Shown here in pieces: positions 21,331 to 37,210 of a stretch of 41,962 bases of DNA. The stretch comes from Spirogloea muscicola (Eukaryota). How positions within the stretch are numbered: position 1 is the stretch's first letter; each line of letters opens with the position of its first letter. The notes below the pieces were generated by a model that saw only the letters and a program-made list of their open reading frames with translations, made no database searches and was not told where the DNA came from. A program made the position numbers and the translations under genes. The stretch is taken from positions 283,383 through 325,344 of the forward strand of contig WELB01000031.1 in the NCBI GenBank assembly GCA_009602725.1, given 5' to 3'.

Positions 21331-24300
21331 ATGCGTGACCTTGGGGAACTCAAGGTCCAGCACAAAGAGCTGCACACATGGGGCTTGCCAGGCCTCGCTG
21401 TTGCATTGCAGATACATCCGATCATTGTCGTCATTCTCGCGCTAAGTGTCGCCTCTGGTCAAAAATCACCGAGCTCGTTGACGACCTGTCCAGCCCATGA
21501 GTTGCTTGTGACGATCTATTATGAAGCCACACCAGGAGAGGGCGGAGCATCGTGGCAGATCAATGAAGCGCTTTCCGGGAGCATCGTGGCTACTGGGGAG
21601 CAATTTGCGGACTGGGAGCGCAGTCAGGCTGAGGTCTGCCTGCAGCCTGGGCTTCTATACAACATGGTACTATTCTCTAATACCCCAGGAGGCTGGTCCA
21701 ATGGGACATACGTACAGATGGAGGGTGGAAATGTGAGCGTAACGCGCCCGCTTGGCTTACCAGTGAACTGGCCAGACATTGGAGTAAGCTATTGCTGCGT
21801 CACTCCAGTTTTTTGTAGTGCTCAAGGGTGTGAGTTACTGGACTCCAATAAAACCGCATTGCTTACTTGTCATTGCTCATGCGCGTTGAATCAAACGCAT
21901 GAGCAGAGATGCTCAGAGTGAGGAGCACATTGATAACCAGCTTCCCCAATGGCAACCTTGTGCAGCTTATCATCCCGTTTACTGTAGGAGGGCCACAAAC
22001 ACCTCAGGTCAGTGATGCAGTAGACCACCTATCCATCTTAGATTGAGGCTCTGTATTCTTGCATGTGTCTAAGATGCTGTGTTTGTCCATCAGTAGACAA
22101 CGCAGACGCAGATGTCCACAAATATATGTATCTTAATGTAGTCTAGAATTAACAGTTCGATATAAGCCTCACATGTATGAGTCTGGTTGTACAAGTGATC
22201 ATGTCCAAGAGGAACGCGACCACATTTAGATGTGATCTTCTTTAGCTGATCATCAAGTGCACAAGACCGCAACATAGTCTTTGCAGGCAATGCCAGTATG
22301 CTCTGCTAGCACCTACATGTACAGTTGCAGCGAAGACTGTCATTCTGATGTACATGATCAAGCACTACGGGCTTATCTGCAGGCTGCACCAAATACGACA
22401 GGAGTACAAACTCACCAAGCAGCTCCACCAACAATAGAAAAGCAGAGGTAACATCACTGCTCACAATTGTCAAAACAGTCGGCCTGCAGGCTTTTTCTGC
22501 ATGTGCAATTTAAGCAATTGCAAGAATCCCTGATATGCTCTGCATAAGCCCAAGGACTGGAGTATCTGTACCACATTCAAATTTGACATTGGAGATTGTT
22601 GTTGGGCCGATAGGCCAAATCTAAGCGTAGCCGCTCATCTGAAGAACATCAAACTTATACTTCTGCATGTGCTTGATATTATCTCAGCTGGTGTCTACTG
22701 ATGAAACTTTCTCATCTAGTGATACATTGACCCATCCATCCTAAGACTAAGATGCACTAGTACAGCTGCCACTCATTCATTGTGTCTTGGCAGGCAAAAA
22801 CCCGGTGGAAGCAGAGCCGTCCTTTTGATATGGGCCATTCTGGCACCAGTAGTGGCCTGCATGTCAATAATGGCATTACTCTTCTACAAGTGGCGCTATT
22901 GGGGTTCTGGCAAGCACTTCCAACGTCTGCGTAGGACAAGCTCGGCACTGGTGCCAGAAAAGCATCAGCAAGACGTAGGTAAGTGGTGACCCCTTACAGG
23001 AGCCTCTCCGTCCGTAGAATATTGGGCAACACAGCTATCCCTCCACCCTCCCTCAACTGCGTTCAATATCCACATCTTAATGTCTTGCTGGCTGGCACAA
23101 CTAGGTTCTACAATTGTCGAGAAATCAGCGGGTGCCGTGTTTGACAGTACCGAATGAAAAGATCTGCTACAACATCAGAGAGAATGCTATTGCTTAAGTG
23201 AACAAACAGCCTCAACAAGCTGCCTGCACGATGTAGCAATCTGAGATCTCGTGAGCCGCTGACTGTCACAGAGTGGACCAGCCCCGAGAAGAAGGGTTTG
23301 GGGGATGACGAGGTCGTCACAACACCCCGCAGGCACACAACAACACAAGCACTGAGCTTTAAGCAGCTCCAAATAGCAACAGAGAACTTCAGTGAGACAC
23401 AGGTCATTGGCGAAGGAGGCTTTGGCAAGGTCTACAAGGCCATCCTTGCGGATGGAAGGAAGGCAGCAGTCAAGCACCTTGCAATCGGCAGTACGCAAGG
23501 CGAGCGGGAATTCCAGTCGGAGGTGATGCAGTCATCCGGACTGATACCCACTGCTGTTAGGAGATAATGGCTGCTACCATTGATATCAAGTCTGTGAACT
23601 TCAATTAAGTAGCAGTCGTGTTGTTGATATTCGTTGACTTGACCCCATGATCAGGCATATAACTTGCAGAGAGTGGCAGATGGTCTTGTTGCTTATGTAA
23701 GTATCTCGTGGCCTTTCTGCTTGCCTGACAGGTTGACCTCTTATCCCATCTACGCCATCCAAACCTTGTTGAGCTGCTGGGTCATTGTTCCAGCAAGGAG
23801 CACCGACTTCTGGTCTACGAGCTCATGCCTGGGGGAAGTGTTCTGGACCATCTTCATGGCTTCCAGACACCACTGAATTGGGCAGCCCGCGTTAAAATTG
23901 CTATTGACTCGGCTAGGGGCCTTCATGTCAGTCCCAATCCATAAGCTGTGTCCCAACCTCTTCAACTACTGTGTTCTGATGTGGACAGATCTTCATCATG
24001 CAAATTCGCTTAGTCAAATATCACTGCTAATTGCATGTAAACTTACTGCTAACAGTATTGCTCTAAGCTTCTCTTTTGCGTGTTTGCATGCAGTATTTAC
24101 ACCATACTGCAGACCCCAAAGTGATCCACCGAGATCTGAAGCCTAGCAATATCTTGTTGGACGAAAACTACACAGCTAAAGTAGCTGACTTTGGCCTTGC
24201 AAAGTTGGCTTCCCTTCTTGACACAAATCGGCCCCCCAGCACCAGAGTGCTCGGCACCTTTGGATATGTTGCTCCTGAGTGAGTCACTGCATCTTGAGCC

Positions 24301-25165
24301 TCTGATGCCTGTTGCATTATATAGTCGTCCTAGAGAACCATGCGGCTCAGCAGCACTATATGGAAATCAGAATTACAGTCGTAAGGCTGCAATGCTACCA
24401 AGTCCATTGGCCCAATGACAGCAGTAGCAGGACAAGCAGGGGCAAATGCCGAGTGAAGATGTTCCAATCTGCAACCAGATATGTGCAGGCAGGCATCCTG
24501 TCTGAGAAAAGCGACGTCTACAGCTATGGGGTAGTGCTATTGGAGCTTATCACAGGCCGGCGACCTATTGACTCTAATCTACCTCCTGGAGCAGAGTCAA
24601 TTGTCATCCAGGTGTGTGCACCTCTCTATTGCGAGCCTGAATACATGACCAGTTGTGCAGTCAGCACACTTAGCACGTCCTACATATTTTCAGCGCGCTG
24701 TTCACATAGAGACCAGTAAGCACCTGTGAGTAAGCACCTGTGATTAATAGCCCTCGCTGCTATCTAAGGCATGTATAACATGTTCTTTCAATCCTCATAT
24801 GTACGCTGTGGCAGGTGAGTCAGTTCGTGGACAACCCCAGGAAAATGCTAGCCCTGGTGGACCCTACCCTGAGGGGCGACTTCTGCCACCACTCGTTCCA
24901 CTATCTTGCCTCCATTGCAGCAGCTTGCACTCAGCAGACAGTTGAGCTCAGGTACTTTATACCCAATCAGAGCCTATCTTGAGCAGCCAGGAAGCTTGTC
25001 GTCTGCACTGTGAGCACCACGCTGTCAGTAGATACTTGTCAGTAACCTGCATACCTAACGGGCTTATGTGAGCGGAAGGACAGGCCTACTATGAAGGAGG
25101 TGGTGCGGCTGCTGCTGCCGCTCCTGGAGCCTCGACTTGTGCCTCTGCGAGTGGACAGACCTTGA
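21331..25165 (+). CDS. RLK/Pelle receptor-like Ser/Thr kinase (signal-like segment, small ectodomain, TM, RD kinase); start uncertain
   Basis: Exons about 21331-21783, 21966-22007, 22383-22447, 22794-22978 ([26 protein letters not shown]), 23272-23522, 23732-23926, 24094-24278, 24479-24611, 24815-24951 and 25084-25165 are in phase. Motifs [77 protein letters not shown]. Confidence 0.92.
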
Positions 25166-26074
25166 GCCATGGAAGGGCAGCGAAATGCGCGCGCAGCAGT
25201 CAGACAAGTCTAAGGTCCTGCACAGCCTGGCCACGTTTGTCGGCAAGCTTGTTAAGAAAGGAGCAACCTTTGATCAGGTCTGTATACGCTGTGCACAATG
25301 TGCGATACTTGGCGAGGATGAACTCCCTTAGCAGCTGCTCCTGCCAAGGCTCAACTCTCGTGTGGCACAGATATAAGAACAACCGAGCATTGCAGGATAC
25401 TTGCCAATTATTTACTAAAGGAGGAGGAGCACAGCACGGCAGACCAACCGTGCTGCTTGCCAGAGAAGTGCATGACAACGGAAGCTATGGCCATGCGTGA
25501 TGACGAACTTCAACATTACACACAGAACCATTGACCTCCCCTCTACATCCTTGCTGTTCCACTCTCTGTCAAGAATGACTTGTTCAAGAATGGTTGGTGG
25601 GTGGCTTGCTTCAGTACTCCTTATCAAAGGTCCAGCGCAATCGGTCGCACGCGCAATTAGATAATAACCCCAGCAAGCCAGACATGCCGCTGCACCAAAC
25701 TCCTGCTCGCAGGCTGGGAGTGCCGTGGGAGAGGCAGACAAAGTCAAGTGACTTGTGCTGCAGTAGCCTCCTATCCCCGACAGTACCATGCACAATGATG
25801 CGCATCACTGAGGTGCAATTGCCGGCCGTAATTGAATGGCAACACCAACTTTGCGCAACATTTGCTGCTACTTCTGTTAAGTGGGACAATTACTGCAAGT
25901 GGTGGTGCATGAAGCAAGGCATGGATGGCGCACTCGAGCTCGACAAGGAAAACGTTCTTCCTCATGTTGTGTAGTGTTATACAGAGACTGGGCAGTTGTG
26001 CGGCTGCCGAGAGAGGGAAGTGGCACGAGCATGAGCACCCCAGTCTGCGCTTTGGGTGGAGGAGGGGTGGGTGG

Positions 26075-27231
26075 TCAGAGCAGTTTCTTGCGCTCGAAGA
26101 AGGACTTGAGATGCCAGAGCTGCAGCGCTGCAAGGCCAATGCAGACGAGGAGCGTGAGCAGGCTGAACCATCCAACACGGCTGTTGGTGCGTTCCTGCAC
26201 CTTGCGCATCTCCTCCTCCCTGCAATTGCCACCGCCGTCGCAACAACATCATCAGGCAAGCACCGAGCAAATCCTGCAGACCAGGACTTTCTGGCAAGCA
26301 CGGCCCCGGCAGCTTGGAAACCCTGGGTTCATGATCCCTGGAACACAGCATGCCGCCAACCCCGCAGCTGGCAAGCATCGGCCCTGAATGCAGACCAAAG
26401 TTGCAGCATACACGAGAATGTGCCATTGACTGCTCAACGGCGCAACATCCATCGTCATTGCAATCCGGGGAGGTCACAGGGCGTGCACCTGGTGCGAAAG
26501 TAGCTCATCTCCTTGCGGATCTGCTCGAGCGCATCGTCCAGCTTCCGCAGCTCCAGGCCCATGCTCTGCAACACCCCTCAAAAGGGCAGCCTCCCAGCTC
26601 AGCGCCTCAGCCGACCTGGACGCAGTGGCGGCAACGCCAGCCGCGGCAGCAGCGGCAGCGGCGGCGGCGGCGGCGGGGACCCACGTCGAGGCGGTCCTTC
26701 TTGGCGATCTGGTTCCAGTCCTGCGCGGCGACGCCCGTCTTCCAGTCCAGCTCCAGCTGCACGTTGTGCACGTTGGGCGTGGCGCCGGGCACCCAGAAGC
26801 ACGCCATGAACTGCCCCGACTCCTTGGTCGTGAACCCAAACTGCCCGCTCTCCACGTGGTCCTGGTAGTGCAGCTGCGACCCGTACGGCGACGTCACCTG
26901 CGCCCGCGGCGGCGGCGGCGGCGGCGAGGCCGGCGCGTCAGCGTCATCGCCGCGTCATCGCCGCGTCAGCGCGTCAGGGCCAGCCGGCTCCCCGGGGACT
27001 GCCAGCGGTCCTCCTCCGCGCCCCAGCCCTCGCCGCCGGCGCGCCGACGCGGCCCTGAACCCTGAACCCTGAACCCTGAACCCTAGACCCTGAGGCCTCA
27101 CCGTGACGGAGACCTTGTTGGACGGCGCGTCGCCGGAGACGACGCGGTAGTCGCCGACGACCAGCGTGCGGTCGCCAATCTCCTNTCGCCGCCGCCGCCG
27201 CCGGCGCCGCCGCCGGCGGGGGCGGCGCCAT
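26075..27231 (-). CDS. TMED10: p24delta (emp24/gp25L/p24 family, TMED10-like) cargo receptor; part of exon 1 missing at the N gap (27185)
   Basis: Exons 27231-27102, 26897-26685, 26565-26489 and 26219-26075. GOLD-domain VTSPYG..GQFGFTTKESGQFMACF..ELDWKTGVAAQDW, coiled coil LELRKL..REEEMR..ERTNSRV, TM, and tail FFERKKLL with FF and KKXX motifs. Confidence 0.92.
27052..27092. repeat. (CCCTGAA)n telomere-like tandem repeat in the first p24 intron
   Basis: CCCTGAA x4 followed by CCCTAGA and CCCTGA, about 10 nt inside the donor site. Confidence 0.85.
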
Positions 27232-27296
27232 GGCGCGCAAGCCGGGGTTGGGGTCTTGGGAGGCCTCCCGGGTTGGATAACCACGCCTTCACTTTT

Positions 27297-28100
27297 ACCT
27301 TGCCTCGCTTTAATTTCATGCGCACCGCGCGCCTTCTCTCTCCCCTTAGCCACCTTACCTTTGTCTAGCTGTTCTGTAGCCTTCGTTTGTTTCAAATACA
27401 CGAAATGTTCTGTAGCTGCTAAACGCTTGTCGGCCCCTCCGAACCCTTGTCAATTCTTCTTGGGCTGGCTTATCACAGCCCTTGCCCCCATTTGGAGTGC
27501 CACTTCTTCTTTGTCTAGCTATTCAGACTTGCATCTTCTGACTAGAGGTTACTGAGCGTCCCCTTGCTGCTGTCTTAGTACTTCGCACCCAGGATTCTTC
27601 TGTCCTTGTCCATTCCTGTCGGGCTGGCCTCTCCCAGCCACCAGTCAGTCTGGCCGCGCTTGCTTCTTTAGCACTGGGCTTCAAGATGGATGTAGCCCCA
27701 CTTACTGCACTAGCTTTTGCTTGGACAGTGTGTTGGTAATACTCTTGGTAGAAGGAAAGTGGCTATGCCAAAAGGCGGCGAGGGCTATGAAAAGGCCGGC
27801 TAACGAGGAAAGACGGCTTACGAGGCCTCCGACATGGTCGCTGCTCTGGTGAAAGAGAGAAGAAAGACGCTTCCAGGAGAGGGCAGGTGGCTGGGAGAGG
27901 CCAGAAAAAGGATGGACAAAGATCGAAGGGGCCAGGGAAAGCGCTAAAGCTAGCACACCTGGAATCAAGCAGCGAAGAAACACTCAGTAACCTCTGCTAA
28001 GCAGCCGCAGGTCAAAAGAGGAAGGCGAAAGGAAATGTGCGCGAGAGAAGGCGTGCAGTGCGCATGCACGAAACGGTGGCCAGTTTTCTTGGGGCTGGCT
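27297..28100. mobile_element. Nest of CRE-like 3' remnants (plus strand to about 27740, minus strand beyond)
   Basis: F6-like tail 27297-27343, F2 tail 27435-27512, SYSDLHLLTRGY-stop (27555) with F3 UTR, and SFDLRLLSRGY-stop on minus (27984) with a UTR matching 37079-37210. Confidence 0.85.
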
Positions 28101-28479
28101 TTTCTGGGGTGATGGACCAGCCAGGAAGCATGTGAGCGAATGGCCAACAGGCCTCATGTCCCATGACAGCAACGGCATTGGTGCAGCTGATGAGGCCGCA
28201 AAGGCAACCGCATTACAAGCCTCTGCATTTGAAAGCGCAACTCTGTAGTCTGCATTCAGAAGAGCAACTCCATTGGGGAAAGCCCCAAAGCCTGCAACGG
28301 CATCAGGCGGGGTGCCAACGAGGACACATCTGCCTATCAAGTACCACGTACTTGGGCCTCTCGCTTCGTAGTTCGTGTATGCGAAGCTGCCATCTCAGTG
28401 CAACCCAACTCACAGCCAGACTGGTCACTAAAGGTTGGCCATGTCCACGCCGTGTTCACTGGCTTACCATACTGCTATA

Positions 28480-28562
28480 TGCCCCATTCTTTGCACTCGC
28501 TTTGCCTGGAGATTGCATTGGCTTAAATTGGCCTCCCTTTCCACTGCAAGCACCTTCTCTCT
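28480..28562 (+). mobile_element. Diverged F6-like 3' tail
   Basis: TTGCACTCGCTTTGCCTGGAGATTGCATTGGCTTAAATTGGCCTCCCTTT...CCTTCTCTCT aligns with 5531-5620. Confidence 0.7.
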
Positions 28563-29112
28563 GTACAGCCAGTCGTCCACGTTGCTGCGGAGAAGCATCA
28601 GCAAGTCAAGGCACTTCCAAGCACTTCACTGCCCAAGACAGGTTGCTGGCGCACTGTTGAGTGGTTCTCCAAGGAGCCAATGCCTCATTCGTGGCGGCGG
28701 TAATCGACCAGCGTTCAACCTGAGGTTGAGAGAGCTATGTTTGGCTTGGGCGATACAATAAAGTGGAGCAGCTGAGCCACCAGCACTGAAACTGCAGAGC
28801 AAGCAACGGACACGTACCATTGTCAGTTGGCTTGACAACCAGTACCTGATGATGCTCGCCGGCCAGCTACACAGCAGCAGCAATCATCAAGACGTGGAGC
28901 AGCCATGCCAAAAGGAGCTGCACATCTATTAGCTCATATGCTGCTGGCGGTGCTTGAGCCTTATATTTGCACCATTTGCTCGGATGCTTGGGCTCCGCAA
29001 GGTCGCCTGTGACTTGAGAAGCAGTGTTGGCCATCCAATATGAAAGCAGTGAATGAATCGCTGTACAAATGCTGGCCTCAGGCTGTGGTCGTGCTAGGCA
29101 AAAGTTGAACCA

Positions 29113-35103
<5,991 letters not shown>

Positions 35104-35369
35104 CGCGGCGCCCCGGAGGCCTCACAATCGCACCACAATCGCAGCACAGACGGAGGCGGCGGCGCCTTTTCGCGTCGTCAGCGTGGCCTCCTGCCGACGC
35201 CCCGCGCCGCCAGCCGCTGCGCCCGCCTGCCCGCCGCGGGCGCGNGCGGGCGCGCCGCCTCAGGAGGCGCGCCGCGCCCGGCGGCGCCTGGCGCGGCGCA
35301 TGGACGGGGGAGTGGTTCCGGATGACGGCGTGACCATGGGAGCTCGATGGGTGAAAAGTGGCTTCCATG

Positions 35370-35545
35370 AAGAAGTGGCACTCCCAATGGGCGCTTCCAT
35401 GTGGCTTGGCGCCTTCCGCCTCTAGACCTTGTCGCTGGCGATGGACGTGCACGGGGCCGTTCGGCAGTCGGTGGCTGGACCTACTGCCCGGCTTGCCCGT
35501 CAGGCCATCAATCGGCGGCCGGGTCAGCCAGGCCGCCCATTGAGG
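35370..35545. mobile_element. Small CRE-like remnants upstream of MAP4K
   Basis: F2 tail on minus (GAAGAAGTGGCACTCCCAATGGG, about 35369-35391) and a frameshifted plus-strand LAMDVHG-FGSRWLDLL-RLARQAINRRPG similar to 20200-20290. Confidence 0.75.
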
Positions 35546-35549
35546 ACGG

Positions 35550-36287
35550 GCTGGAAAAGAAAGACACAAGAAGAAACAAAGCAGCTACTAACTACTCAGT
35601 AACCCCTGCAAAGCAGTCGCAGGTCAGAGAGGCTATGTTCCTCGAGCGAGACGGCCAAGCGCATACGTACACCTGCGCTGGCGACCCGGCTGCAGGAAAG
35701 TCCACCGGCTCCCCATGGAAGCGGCGGACGATGGCGTGGCGTGCGAGCTGGTTGAGCAGCTCGAGCCACCGAGCGCCCAACGCCCCATGCGTGTCGATAG
35801 CCAGCGGGAAGAACTCGTCCCGTTCCTGCGGGTGGTCAGCGTACTTGAGCTCCTTGGCCCGAGCGGCGCAGGCGACCGCATACCCAGCCTTGGTGGCACA
35901 TTGGGCTGGGCGTGAGCGGTCGTATGGGTCAGTGGTCACCACGTCAAGAATAAGACGTGGCCCGCCGGCTTGTGGGGTGGCCACCATGTCGACACGACGA
36001 GCGTGGAGACCGTCGGCCCGTTGCTGGAGCGGCATGACGGCGGAGTTCTTCGCTGCCACCGAGAAGCCAGCCTCCACCAGAATGCCATGCATCGCATCGC
36101 GGAGGCGGTCGGGGGCCGCTGTCCGCTCTCCGCCGTGGGGACAGCGCAGCACATGGGCGGCCAGCTCCCCAGGCTTGGCCCCTCGCTCGCCGCATTCGCA
36201 TTGACGCACACCCTGGAGGCATGGCGGCGGTAGGCCAAGGAGCCGGTGGACGGCACTGCGGAATACCTCGTCCGGGAGGGTGAGGGC
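35550..36287 (-). mobile_element. CRE-like 3' fragment (F4): zinc knuckle and endonuclease, internally deleted near the C-terminus
   Basis: ALTLPDEVFRSAVHRLLGLPPPCLQGVRQCECG..HVLRCPHGGERTA..RRVDMV..LDVVTTD..ARAKELKYADHP..LAIDTHGALG, ending in a GGGGTTACTGAG terminus at about 35594-35605. Confidence 0.9.
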
Positions 36288-37210
36288 CCTCCCCCTCACC
36301 GACGCCCTCACCATCCCGGATGAGGCATTCCGTAGTGCCGTCCACCGGCACCTCGGCCTGCCGCCGCCATGGCTCCAGGGAGTGCGTCAGTGCAAATGCG
36401 GCGAGGAGGGGGCCAAGCCTGCGGAGCTGGCCGACCATGTCTTCTTCGCTGTGCTCGCGGTAGGGAGCGGACAGCTGCGCACGACCTCCTCCGCGATGCC
36501 ATGCATGGCATCCTCGTGGAGGCCGGCTTCTCGGTGGCCGCCGAGAACTCCGCAGTCATGCCGCTACAGCAGCGGGCGGACGGTCTCCACGCCCGTCGCG
36601 TCGACCTCTTGGCCCCCCCACTAGCTGGCGGGCCGCGTCTCATCCTAGACGTGGTGACTACCGACTCCTACGACCGCTCTCACCCCGCACATTGTGCCTC
36701 CAAGGCTGGGTATGCAGTGGCCTGCGCCGCTCGGGCCAAGGAGTTGAAGTACGCTGACCATCCGGGGACGACGAGTTCTTCCCACTCGCCATCGACACCC
36801 ACGGTGCGTTGGGCGCTCGGTGGCTCGAGCTGCTCAATCAGCTCTCGCGGCACGCCATCTCCCACCGATTCCATGGCGAGCCGGTGGACTTCCATGCAGC
36901 AGGCTCACTCGCGCAGATGTACCACATGCGCTTGTCCGGCTCGCTGCAGAGGTCCATGGTTCGTGCGTTGCATCTGCGTGCCGGTCGTGCCCTAGCTGCA
37001 GCCTCTGGCCCTGGCCAGGGGATCCATTACCAGGAGCCCAGTTTCTCCGACCTGCGGCTGCTTAGCAGGGGTGACTGAGTGTTTCGTAGCTGCTTGATTC
37101 TACGCGTGCTAGCTTTGCGCTTTCCCTTGGCCTCTTTGACCTTTGTCCAATCTCTTTTCTGGACTTGCCTCTCCCAGCCATCGCCCTCTCATGGATACGT
37201 CTTTCTCTCT
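36286..37210 (+). mobile_element. CRE-like 3' fragment (F4), inverted relative to its neighbour
   Basis: ALPLTDALTIPDEAFRSAVHRHLGL... with two frameshifts, ...EPSFSDLRLLSRGD-stop (37078) and 3'UTR ending TCTTTCTCTCT. Confidence 0.9.

Noticed and set aside
27180..27190. Frameshift or missing signal peptide making p24 a pseudogene
   Set aside because: The break coincides with an N. Similar Ns at 2959, 6477 and 35245 fall in repeats or very GC-rich DNA and are probably assembly gaps.
28100..28480. Possible gene or further retroelement coding remnant
   Set aside because: No convincing motif or splice pattern could be read, so it is left unannotated.
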